A stretch of 62,684 nucleotides of DNA, filler included, from Choristocarpus tenellus KU-1152 (taxonomy: Eukaryota > Protista > Phaeophyceae), in NCBI GenBank assembly GCA_964200185.2. It is 13 parts of 13 records of this genome, joined end to end, with 100 filler letters (N's around TTAATTAATTAA, not from the genome) between each part and the next. Parts side by side here need not be neighbours in the genome. Positions count along the whole stretch, not along the records: positions 5,917 to 22,018 come from CAXNAD020000877.1; positions 22,119 to 24,886 come from CAXNAD020024917.1; 11 more parts are not named here. One strand, 5' to 3'. Position numbers and translations under genes: made by a program. Position 1 is the first letter of the stretch; each line of letters begins with the position of its first letter. Shown in pieces: positions 12,201-23,973 of the stretch. The notes under the pieces were generated by a model, which did no database searches, had not been told where the DNA came from, and saw nothing but the letters and a program-made list of their open reading frames with translations.

Positions 12201-14457
12201 AGAACCTGCTCGCAAATACATTTCTTCAGTACTATGGTGGCACCTACAAGCAAAGGTGTTGCGTTGATCGTTCCTAATCCACACTAGCCATCATGTTCAT
12301 CCAGAAAACAATTTAACTTCCACTATATCCATGGCAATATATTTAAGGCAACACACTAGTATGTTTCTTGGAGTTTCACATATAACAAAACTGTAATGCC
12401 AAAAATACAGATAGTATTGATGAAAATTAATCCATACAGCAGTGGACAAAGGGGGAGGATGCTACTGGGAAGGGCAGCATTTTCACACCCTTCGTACCCT
12501 GATATTTTCACTGTTAGTCAGTGCAGCGAGCTTTGCCTTAGCATCTTCAGGCGACATGAAGAACAATCCCTCACCATTCTTCAAGTGTACGGCACCATTG
12601 CTCTCCCTCAAGAAGAACACAGGCAGCTTCAGATGAATGAATGGGCACAATCCAAGGTCGGGAAATGGAGCAATTATGGCAAAGCTAACAGAGGGTAACA
12701 AGTAACTAGGGCCCTGCAATGCGATGCATTGCCAAGGTCTCATTTCAGCTAGGAAAAAAAAAGTCAAATTATCACAATGTATCATATCACTGCAACATGC
12801 GTTTCTTATTCTGACCACTCCAACCCAAAAAATACAAGGGATTGCCGTGGACTTTAAGTGAACCAAGGACTAAACACTGAAGAGTGAAGTGGACATGCTC
12901 CCATTCCTTCTAACCCCCCTCCTAGCTTCCATGAAACTACCTCTTGATACCAGTGGATCTATCGCAGGAATCAGGATGGGACTTGGACTGCATGTGTATA
13001 CTCCTGTGTTTTCTGAACCAGACTTGGAGGAATATGCTGTACTCACTATATCATGCCAAGCAAAGAGGAACACTTCAACTCCTTCCCATATTGCCACGCA
13101 AAAAATCAGTGTTGTTGGTTGCTAGTTGAACTACAAAATGTGAAAGAAGATCAACAGATTCACCAATGGAGGCTGCCGGTTCAAATCACACATACCTGTG
13201 ACAGCTTCTTCTGGATTTCAGCCCGTGACATTGCCGTCAAAGAACCTGACGTAAGTTAAACATTTGATTATGGGGGCAAGAAGCAAGAGTCATACTTCCT
13301 CTATGTAAAACTACAAAAAAAACCCAATCGAAAACAAAGGAAACTCAATATTATCCCCAAAGTTCACTTCTTTCTAGGTCACAATCAATATCTTAAGCAG
13401 GCATTTATCGAATACCCAAGCCTGATCGATGTTGATGGAGTCTATCCTTCCAACAAGCCATAACGAACAAAAATCTCATCATGTGCTCCATGTAGCAGTT
13501 TATAGTTATCACTTACCCTTGATGATCTCCGTTCCGTCCTCTTGCACCACTCGAACGGTTTTGGAAGCACTCCCAGTCTTGACAAAGGCGTACGAGAGAA
13601 ATCCAGGAGTTGTGGATCAGAAAAAGAATGCTGAGGGCGAGAGGATAACCCCCCCCCGCAATTTCAGGGTTCGAAAAGGTACTAAGGATACCCTGTCGAG
13701 AGAATATCCAACTAGGTGACAATTATGCTAACCTCTGGGCCCGCGGAGAGGAAGGGTAGTACGCTGGCGCCAAAAGTTGCAACTAGCAGTACGCTGGCAA
13801 CGGCGATCTGCACGGTGGGAAGGTCGACGGCGTGTGGGTGGGTTACAATTAGTTGTGCCATGATGTCGCACAACTGTGAAACACATAGTCCGCACAAATT
13901 CAGTTTTGTGATTTCTGAAAGATTGCACATACCCATTCATTGGTCACGCCAAAACAAAGTAACGCTCAATTGCAGAGAGAGGTTATCACATTCTTGAATG
14001 ATGTCCCCTCTTCCTGCGCCATGCACACCACGGTAGAGGCTCTCGATATTCGACAAGACGTCGTATCTCGTGATCCTGTGGAAGAAAGCAGTAGTGGGGA
14101 ATGCTATGTATCACGACCTTTTAGTGTGGAGACTGGAGAAGAAAATTGGGCATCCCACGAGATAAGCACTCACCGATTACCCGGCCTGTACGCAGGTTTA
14201 ATCTCCTTGGAATATATGGTGCCACGAAAGCAGTTGCTCCTCGATTGGGAGAACCCATTTGCGAGCATGCAATCCATGCTGAGGTTCGGGGGTCAATGGG
14301 TGGGGTTGAACATACATAAGGTCAAATTATCACCATGGACACCCAGCATCTGTTACATAGATTTCCTTAAAGGACTCGGGAGTAAACTTCGATCAAGAAA
14401 AGTATGAATATGATCTAGGAAGTCACTATCACCTCCAAATGCAAGAGTCGCCTTCAT
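9298..14457 (-). CDS. Tic22-like plastid protein-import component, 12 exons, ~327 aa, with bipartite targeting signal
   Basis: Phase-consistent exons 14433-14457, 14174-14278, 13990-14075, 13733-13807, 13517-13577, 13196-13245, 12498-12626, 11706-11861, 11002-11091, 10636-10728, 10147-10202 and 9298-9355 (984 nt, open to TAG). Tic22-type motifs: EIQKKLSQLPVFF, GLFFMSPEDA, DVPVWIA, IPLFTNYSDLETSW, PRVQVTTIAEVV. ATAFVAP (ASAFAP-like) near the N-terminus. The first exon is the least certain. Confidence 0.8.
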
Positions 14458-14659
14458 GGCAGCAGGTGGAATACCTAGTAAATCACTTTGAAACACTTAA
14501 GATCGAGACAACAAAACTTTGACAACAGAAGTTGTAGGACCAAACGAAACATGCGCAGTAGGCCTCGCAAGAAAACAGAAATCCCGACCTCTTTTTCCTG
14601 ATCTATTTGTTGGATAGTATTAAAAGTAAAGGATTGTACATTAGATCGTGGAATAAGCC
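14458..14659. promoter_or_regulatory. Putative bidirectional promoter / 5' UTR region
   Basis: Only 202 bp between two divergent GCCATG start codons (14457 minus, 14660 plus). Confidence 0.5.
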
Positions 14660-17600
14660 ATGATTCGACGGTCAGCGCATCTTCTGAAGCCTGTGCTGAC
14701 AGGAACAGGAATTAGTAGAGTGGGGAAGGTGAAGGGCCAGGCACAGGATGGAGGATTTGAATTTGTGGGGACGTTGGGAAACCTGAAGGGTACAGTCTTG
14801 GAGACCATAGCAAGAAACATGCCAGAACAGGTGGATCCAGCAAATACACTAGTATGGAGCTCATCGTTGGGTGGAGGGACATTCAAATGAAGTAAACAGA
14901 GCATTACTTCTGCACAATGAAATAAGAAAGTGAAGTGCACACTAATCCCTTCCCCTCCGCTGGTCCTCAATTCCTGCCAACCACCCTTCCGCCAGGAGCG
15001 AGCGTTTTTTGCGCATCGCTGGGGGTTCTCCACGCCAATATCCAGGGATGATGAGAAGGAAGCAGGCGCTGTGTCTGATTTGGGTGGCGCAACGTCGCCA
15101 ACGGTGGTTGCAATAGCAACGGACAATGTCAATATTGGGGGTGTTGGGGATGTTCAGTCCAGGGATGGTGGGGAAGGTATTCATCCTTCAGAGAGCGTGG
15201 CGAAGGAGAAAATGAAGGCTGGAGAGCCTGAAATTCCGGTCAAGAACCTAGAAGTCGATGAAGACAAGGTTTGTAGGATGGGGGCACGGGTTCGGACTTT
15301 ACAGCCTCTCTTACAATCTTGTAGGGCTGGTGCTGATGACTAACAGTGATTCACACAGTGACACAATGCCTCTCACAGCAAGAGGATTTTGTTGAAACTC
15401 ACTGCGAGTTATGGGGTTGAAAGTGGAGGTATTCTGTTTTGCAGAAGATCAACAGATTCCTATGGATCATCCTACATCCGTCATCTTCATAACTGCCCTT
15501 TCAACCATTGATCCCACTAGGCCCAACCTTACTGCAATGAGACACTCTCTGGAATGTTGCAGGTGGCGACAATAGTGATTCATCCCATCCTTGGGCAGCT
15601 GGTGGCTGATCTTAAATACAAGCGCGTTTACCGGACTTCGATCGAAGCATTGGTCAAAGCACCAGTGTGGGAGAAGCAACGCATCCTGCGGCCTGAGCGA
15701 GCTCAGGCGATTGCCAACGCTAAACTGAAGCAGGTAGGGATAGACTGAAAATGCACGTCAACAACTTGATACACAAAGATACTCCGTTATTCCTTATTAG
15801 TGGGTGAACAGGTATAATACAAATTTCATTTTAGGAGGTGAAAGCATAGCCTAAAGGTACTTTTTCTCCCACCATGTTGTCTAAGAAGAGACTTGCATTC
15901 TTGCATTAGCATCTTTTCCGCCATCTTCATCACATACCTTTTCTGCATAGCTTAGGCTGCAAGGCTGGACTACATCTTTATGTTTCAAACTCTTCAAGCT
16001 CTCCTCCAGCAGGCCACCCGTAAGCCATACCAACCCACATGTTCGCTGCTTTTCTATGTTCAGGGATCTGGACCAGATAAGAATGGAATTCCTGGAGTAA
16101 TCACGCTCTATAGCCGGCCACCAAGCATACCCACTGCGAAGGCAGGGGCAGCCCCTACAAGTGCTTCATCGACTGCCAGTGGCACAGATGATGAAGCTGA
16201 TGACATAGGAGAGCTAGGGATTGTGGATGGTCAGCATCGTGTGGGGGCGTTGATGCTCATGGCAGAAAGGGGGAGTTGGAATCGGACAGAACGCAATATT
16301 GTTATTGACGTGTTCCCCACACATAGCGAGGAGGAAGTTGCAGCTCTTTTCACAGAGATTAACAGGTTTGGAACCAGAGAACCATTACCTGTCTGCCCTG
16401 TTATGTACTGGTACTGCTATTACTGATAAGAGAAAATTGTGTATGTGAATGTGTTCATACATTGATGGTTGCCTACGGAGCTCTATGATATTTGTGTTTT
16501 GTGTGTAATGAAAGAATTAATGAAGAGGGTGTTTAGCATTCTTGGAATCTTGTTTTGGCTGGCTGATAGATAGGCAGGGACTCTGTGCGTGTGTGTTGTG
16601 AGGTTGACTAGCAATATAGAAGAGTTCCACAAGGGGCATGTTTCTTGTTCAATTTTTTAGGATGAATATCCCCCACCTTGTTAAGTGGGAGCTGCAGTGC
16701 CTTTTCGCAATTGTTTGGTGGGTTTTTCATGTGCGAAAGAGTGTATGGTGTGCTTGTCGGTCCATTGGAGATAGAGTGTTTGAAGGGAAGACAGATGGGC
16801 AGCGAGAGAGCCCTGACAACCATATCTTTCCTTGTTTCTTTCGTGCTACATTGCTGGTTCTTACACCTTAGTGGTGAGCCGGTACGCCTTGTGGACATGC
16901 CTGTGGAGGGTGCGACTGATGAAGTGAGGACTATTCTTAACGAGGCTGCAGCAAAGATTGAGGAGGTGAGATACTCTATGAGGTATCAAGGTAACACGTA
17001 GAACCCGTGATGAAGTCTCTACCTGTTCACCATAAAAATCCATTAAAGACGGTGCTTAGCATCATGTTCAACCCCCTGTACCCTGAGTTGTTTTTCCCAC
17101 ACCTGACACTGATGATGTAAGCTGTTACAGGATGTATGAAACCCTCCCAAGAAGCAAGTGTAACCCCTGCCATAGGTGCAGCTCGCTGTATCTGTACTAA
17201 TATGATTTTATGATGTACTTACATCTATATTATAAATTGTATCACTCATGACACCCCCAAGCAGTCCACCTTACCCATGTACTGTGTAGTACTTAAAAGT
17301 GTCATTATTTTTTGTTGTGAGCAATTCCATGATTGACTTACCTCTAACATCTGACTCCAACGAGCAAGTCAGAGTTCCTCTGTATTTAGGATGCGGATTG
17401 AGGTCATATTTTACTCTCCATCTGAGCTATGTATCCGTTCACCCCCTTTAGCTGTTACCCTGGTTGAACGCCCCTCTATTCCTGACTCCAGTGTGAATCC
17501 CTTTACAACTTTACCCCCTATTGCCTCCAATACAACTTTGTCCTGTACTTGTGCTCCTGTCAATGCAGCAATTTTTCCCCATGTTCAAGACCAGTTCACG

Positions 17601-18539
17601 TTGCCGCCCACCACACTTGAATGCCGACAGCTTCCGGGATGAAGTGAGTGCATTCCATTGAGAATTAACGTTTCATTGTTGACTTGGTTAATCCATATCA
17701 GCTTGACAGTACCCTTGATTCTTCTAAGTGCGTGACCTCTCGTTTCTGCTGACCTGTGCGCCTGCCATGGATCTCACCAAAACTATTCTGTTTTGCCTTG
17801 TATTGCACGCTCTATGTCCTCTCCGCAACAGCTGATGACGCATAGTGTTCCCTTGTATGGTTGCGCCCCTGTTCCTGTGGAAATAGATCTTTCAGAGTGA
17901 CCTGATTGAGCGTCATGGGCTCAAGACCACTCCCCAGTTGCTGAACTGGCTGCTGAAGGTGAACGAGACATTGGGGCGGCGGGGGGAGGAAAAGTGGCGA
18001 GAAGTTTCTGATGGAAAGAACCGTAAGGTGCGCTCTTGTTGTTGCTGGTGACAAACAAGCCCCAGTAGTAATAGAGCACTTCTATTAACATGTAGGTCCA
18101 CTAAATGGATAGCTTTTAAGGCTAGCCATTGAGGGTTCTGTTGAAAAATGTCATTTGTGGGTATTCAAGGTTTTGTAAATTTCATCTTATGAGTGGAAAA
18201 TAAATCGGTTTTGTTTGACATCAATAGGATGACTATGGCAAGCAGTCTAGCCTCCCCTCCAAAAGACGGGATATTATCTGCAGTGTATATTTATAGGTAT
18301 TAGGGTTCGTTGTGCCCTAGGACCAAATAATGCAAGTGCGGACAGACTACATGTGACCAGAAGGTCACACCAGGTCTACCCCATTCACACTCACCCCCTG
18401 CCACCTTTGATCAATCTTTCCTTCTCCTGCATGTATATACCCTGACCGTGTCATTCCTCAGACTTTTTCAAAAGCCCTGACAAAGGCCCAAGAACACAAC
18501 TTTTACCTTGGTATGGATAAGTCCTGGCTACATGTTTGA
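14660..18539 (+). CDS. DGQHR-domain (DndB/ParB-like) protein, 8 exons, ~400 aa, putative mitochondrial presequence
   Basis: GT-AG phase-consistent exons 14660-14728, 14996-15268, 15563-15733, 16064-16365, 16872-16965, 17569-17643, 17887-18027 and 18462-18539 (1203 nt, open to TGA). Motifs in order: QRILRPERAQAIA, PGVITL, IVDGQHRVGAL, LFTEINSGEPV. Confidence 0.85.
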
Positions 18540-20123
18540 GAGAGTTCGTTGTGGGGTTATCCTCACTGAGCTTCAGGTCATCTTGTTCTCCACTTCATGG
18601 GGATAAATCCTTCATAACAATCCCTAAATGCTCTGGTAGGGTAGACTATGAATCTGCTATCAACTTCTGATGGGTCTTCTTTTTATGGTGATGCTGTTTT
18701 CTGGCTAGGTCACTGCACCTCCACATCATGACTGATAACCCAATGAAAGTAGCCTGACAAAAAGCCAACATGAGCATGAACGTACCTACACCAATTTCAT
18801 GTTGTAATCCCAATCTTTCTTTAAAGCGTGTGATGCACTTTGGTTGGGGAGGCAATTAGTCTCCATGTCATTAATATTTTTACTGTGCAGAAGTATATGA
18901 ATTCAATTAATTTAAATCTAAGGCAGAGTGACTGCGCAAGACTATTTTTCCCTTCTGGAACTCAAGGGATGAGTCATTTTTTTGTGTGATCAGCAAAACG
19001 CTGGGTAGTATCCATCTTATCACAAGTGACACTTCACTGAAACCCTCTATTCTATTCATGTTGGATGTATTCCTTCATCATTTTAAAACACGTGGGCAAA
19101 CCGAAAATACAGTCCACATACTTGAGATTTCTCCAAGTAATGCAATGACTATTAGTAGATGTGCAATGCAACAGCCCTGTTGTTTGTGGCAAGGTAGAGG
19201 ATGTGTGTGGCAGACAACAAAGAGGAAGCAGGGGATGGAAGGATGTACATTGGTGCCCCCATCTGTTCCTTGATAAGGGTAACAAAGCAGGAGGAATGGT
19301 GTGGAGGGTGAGAGGACAGATGAATGAATGAATGACACACACAAATCAGTTGTCACCATGTGAAGTTGCTAGGTTTCTTCGTGCATTGTTGATGTTCAAC
19401 AGGTGGCATCATGGATACCATATTGAACACCTACATCGCTCAGTCAAGTCCAACTCCATTTTATCTTCAGCACATACCAAGAAGACCACCTTCAGCACCA
19501 TTTGCGAGGGATATATTTGCTCTGCACCAGGCCTTTCAGCATCAAGCTTTAGGTCTAGACACAATCAAATACAGAGAGAACAAATATGATAAAAATTGCT
19601 CACTCTCACGCTCAACACTTCCTTTGTGTCCTTTGAGTTTGCTTGAACACAATCAGGAACACTTTCTTACACAGTGTATAGGGATGTTGATGGTCACGTT
19701 CCCCTTCCAGCATGCACCATCTTGAAATAACACAAAAGTTATCTACAAATATTATTTCCGATCCACAATGTTACAGAAGCACAGGAGTGAAATGATAATG
19801 CAACAATACACCAGATTCCAAATTCATATTAATACTGCAACTTAATCAGGCCTCTGATCCAATCTGTTGTAAGAGGCATATTAGCATATCATCAGAACCC
19901 TAACTACTCTGAAGTCCAAAGGCAGGCTAACTCACACATTTGACACACCAGGCTATCTATTCAAGTCGATCATACTCCTAATGATACTGAAAGTAGTATT
20001 TGCAGGGGTTGATATGGCATCAATGACAGGCCAAGGGAATAGTATCAGATGGAGTAGAAAAGGAGAACGTACACTGTATATCTGTGCATACTACTGATAT
20101 CATAAAGCGACAACTCCACATCA

Positions 20124-21245
20124 TCACCAACTCGAAAAGTCTCCAAACCCGCCACTCCCACCTCCCACACCCTTTCCCTTGCCCTTTCCACTCTTTTCAT
20201 TGGTCAATGAGTCTTTCCGGTCAATACCTCCTCCTTTTGAGGCTACCTCATTGTCCACTGGTTGACGGGGTAGGGTGGTCTTGGCAGCTGCTCCTAGATA
20301 CTTCCCCACTCCTGACAGGTTTAAAAGCAAAAGATGACCACAGAAAAGGACTCAGTGTTAACATGGATTCCTCAAAGCTAACAACCTTTGAGGAAGGACC
20401 TTAACCACTGAATGGGCAAACCCAGAAAACCCTCAGTATCCCTTGTAGTCAACTCCATTCTGCCCTATCAACCCATGAATCTCAACATATTGCAACAATT
20501 TATCATGTGTAGTACAACAAGGTACAACTTTGGTGATTGTTTATATGAGACCTAAGAATAAAGGCTCAGTTGGACAGAGCATAAAATCTGTAACATCAAG
20601 CCACAAAGAAAATTCTCGACTGGTTCACAACACACACCACAATACTGAAGAACTTGATACGGCCGCAACTGGTTGCAAATAACTGTACTCCACAGGGTAC
20701 CTCTCTCTAGGTGCCTGAGGATAAACTGTTTAGTTGTACACAAATGGGGAGGGGAATGGGTGTATATATATATATATGCATGTGTGTGTATTTACATATG
20801 TCTCTCAAATACCCTTATCCACTCACCGCCAGTCTTAGTCATTGATGTCTCTGGGGTGGGGTTGCTGCCCCACCCAATACGGCCTTGGTCTTTTGCAGAT
20901 TTTGCTGCTAACGAGACCTTTCCTGCTTTCTTAGCCTGTGACCAAGTGAGTGGTGCAACAGCAAGTGGGGATTGATATCAGGTAAGGCAACTAAACCTTG
21001 TAACACCACTCCCCTGAAAAACATACAGCAAGGACCAGCAGCTGAGTTTCAGAGGCTGTGGAAGAGCCTTTTACACAAGAGCCAACAATGGGGAGGGATA
21101 GAGGGGTACCCTTTGAGAGTGGCAAGCATGGGAGAGTTACGATTGAGGTCAGTGTTGAGTGGGTCAGGGGGAAGTAGGGGACAGGTAAGAAGATTTCACC
21201 ACTGACTTGAGAAACACGGATTGGGCGAGGTTTGAGACGATTCCA
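20124..21245 (-). CDS. Hypothetical basic low-complexity protein, 3' exons ending GGFGDFSSW*
   Basis: Phase-consistent exons 21207-21245 (WNRLKPRPIRVSQ), 20827-20935 and 20124-20311 with canonical splice sites. The 5' exons were not resolved. Confidence 0.5.
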
Positions 21246-22153
21246 CTAAAATAAATTAGACCGCTAATACTTGAAGGCTGTGTGCTTCACAAAACATCAA
21301 ATTGCCCCAACCCTTCTACAAAACAGCCAAGACACTGAGTCACACGATGTCCTTGTCATCATTACTCACATACCTTAAGGTAAAATTGCAGCACACATGA
21401 AAAGTGTTCCACACTACTACTGGATAGCAGCAAGTCTCAACAGCAACAACCCTCTCTGACTTGGATCCTTCACACATACTTTATAGCTAAGGCGCACAGG
21501 GAAAGTTTGCTGTACTCGAGCTCGAAACGAAAATTGCATTGACATCATGAGGTAGCGTTGGATGTGTGTTGGAAAACTTTGCTTTTTTGATTGGTGTAAG
21601 CAGGTGTACACCAATCAGCAATCACTCACAAGAGGAAAAAACAATGGATTACACACAATGTGCTGCATGGCATGCAGTGCATCATGGCCGAGAATGGGCT
21701 GAACCCATCCCGGTCAACGAACAGGGTTACTGCTGCAAGTGCTTAGCCTGTCTGAAGAATTTCGTGGCAGATAGCGAGTCCTTCCTTGCCCGCACGTTGG
21801 CCAAAGAGCAGGACATCATCCGGGCGTGTGAAAGGCATCGTTCGGATTATCCAATCATTTCATCGACGCTTGCAAAGGTACACCTAACGCAAGAGCATCC
21901 TCTGGCGTAGAGAGGTGGGTTTGATGTATGTACACAGTGTTATTTGTGGTCTTTCATCATCTATCTCCCCGACACGCTCAGCGGCTTGTTATACTTAAAA
22001 AAGCGACTGCACGTGCGTNNNNNNNNNNNNNNNNNNNNNNNNNNNNNNNNNNNNNNNNNNNNTTAATTAATTAANNNNNNNNNNNNNNNNNNNNNNNNNN
22101 NNNNNNNNNNNNNNNNNNAAAAATAATAAGTGGATATAATAGAGTGGGGGGGT

Positions 22154-22187
<34 letters not shown>

Positions 22188-22365
22188 GCGAGAACGCAAC
22201 AACTGCACGATTTTATATTTTTTTCAACAAGAACTCAAAATAAGTAAAAAATTCAAAGAAGAGTCGTGGTGTGACAAGGTGAGTCAAGAAGACTATTTAA
22301 AAAGAGGATTATATCAACAGCAGTCAAGAAGACTATTTAAACAACCTATCGACAGCCACATTTAC

Positions 22366-23130
22366 CTCTTCTCTTTCTCCTTGAAGAGACTGTAACAGGC
22401 ATCCACACTCTCCAAGTACACCGCCTGCAGGGGTTTCCGATATCCATTCGTCAGTACCAATTTTTTTAGTTTATTTTTAAATATTCTTATCATTTTGTTT
22501 CACCGGCTCTCTCTTCCCGAACAGCACAGAGTATTTAAAAATAAAATAAAATTGTACAGTGAGAACGTTCTCAGAAAGACAGGCACTCTCTCCTCTCTTC
22601 CAACGCTCAGTTCAAAAAAAATAAATTATATATATATAATTTTATTTTTCATTTTATTTGCAGGTTTTTGTAAAGCATTTGCATCTGACACACACAGAGA
22701 GCAAAAAAAACATTGACAATTATTCATCATTATTATTATTGGAGAGGGAGAGAGAGAGAGAGAGAGCAGTAAAATAAGAATATAATAAAAACATGAGAGC
22801 ATGCAGTGAGTTCAACCTTATCACCAGTAAGCAACAATACGCCTCCTTCCACTTCATCAACTCATGGTAAGAGACCTCCACTAGTGATGATCCTGCAATT
22901 ACAACAACAGTAGCCTACATCTTATAATGATAAAATAAATAAGAGATTATTATTATTGGGGACCCGACCGACTCTTCGAGGGAGCAAGATATTATTATTG
23001 TTCTCTTTTTTTTTATCTTTTAAATTCTTTTTTACGTAGTATTTGTGCGGGTGGGTCTCAGACTGTGTCCATTGGCTTCTTCTAACCCTTACCTTTCAAT
23101 CGCAGGTCTGGGTACACTCAGATCACTGCA

Positions 23131-23164
<34 letters not shown>

Positions 23165-23973
23165 TATATTTTATTTTTTATTTTATTTTTTTATTCATAA
23201 AAATGATAAGGTCCATCCTCTACCCAGAGGCTGATGGGAAACAGCGCAATCATAAAATAAAAATAATAAAAACAAGAGGGGAAAATTATTAAGAAAAAAT
23301 ATATAAATTATTAAGAAAAATAAATTAAAATAAATATATATAAATAAATATATCTCAGTGGTCTCGCGCTGTGCAATATCATCACCAAACAATATCACCG
23401 GGAGAGTTCTCACCTTCAGAACGAACCTTAAACCTAAATGATCAAATCTCAACCGTGTTTGGAAGTGAAAAAATATCATGTTTATTGACGCTTGCCTTGT
23501 CCTGCGGAATAATTATTGCCATCACGATTACTGTCGCCATCAATAACACACACATAACACACACACACAACACACACACACAACACACACAAACACACAC
23601 ACACATCCCAGCTCCTCCGCAAATCATACCCTCCATATCGGTTTATGTCATTTGAAGAGTGGATGAACTAAGCAATAATCTTGTGTACAATGTTGTAATC
23701 AGAGTGGATGAACTAAGCGATAATCTTGTGTGCAATGTTGTAATCAGAGTGGATGAACTAAGCGATCAGCCACATGTATCAATCCTCTTCAGGCATCAAG
23801 GATCAAGGCAACATTGCCAAGCCCCCGTCCTTGGCAACCCCCCTTCCCCATCCTCTTCCAGGCGATTCGATTGATCACCTCACATGCCCACCTGTGACAG
23901 CCTGCCATCCACCTCCGCATACTCAGAGTGATTAGGTTTGTAGAAGTCGTAGACATTTCTCGAATGTGTTGAC
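22366..23973 (-). CDS. HMGS: Hydroxymethylglutaryl-CoA synthase, two internal exons
   Basis: Exon 23892-23973 (STHSRNVYDFYKPNHSEYAEVDGRLSQ) spliced to 22366-22424 (AVYLESVDACYSLFKEK) gives the HMGS signature YDFYKP...SEY..VDG.LS..YL...D.CY. Not present in the ORF track. Confidence 0.88.
23656..23766. repeat. 45-bp tandem repeat, about 2.5 copies (HMGS intron)
   Basis: Unit AGAGTGGATGAACTAAGC(A/G)ATAATCTTGTGT(A/G)CAATGTTGTAATC starting at 23656, 23701 and 23746. Confidence 0.95.

Noticed and set aside
14660-18539. DGQHR gene as bacterial contamination or part of a dnd operon
   Set aside because: It has seven spliceosomal introns, a eukaryotic neighbour on the same contig, and no dndCDE-like ORFs in the window.
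22825-23130. Exon-like segments with good splice sites, one containing an in-frame TGA (possible selenocysteine)
   Set aside because: They lie inside the HMGS intron whose flanking exons join directly in frame. No SECIS or homology support.
23656-23766. CRISPR-like repeat-spacer appearance (also the 20-bp direct repeat at 22282 and 22322)
   Set aside because: At 23656 the intervening segments are near-identical, so it is a tandem repeat. The second case has only two copies. No cas genes, and the context is a eukaryotic intron.
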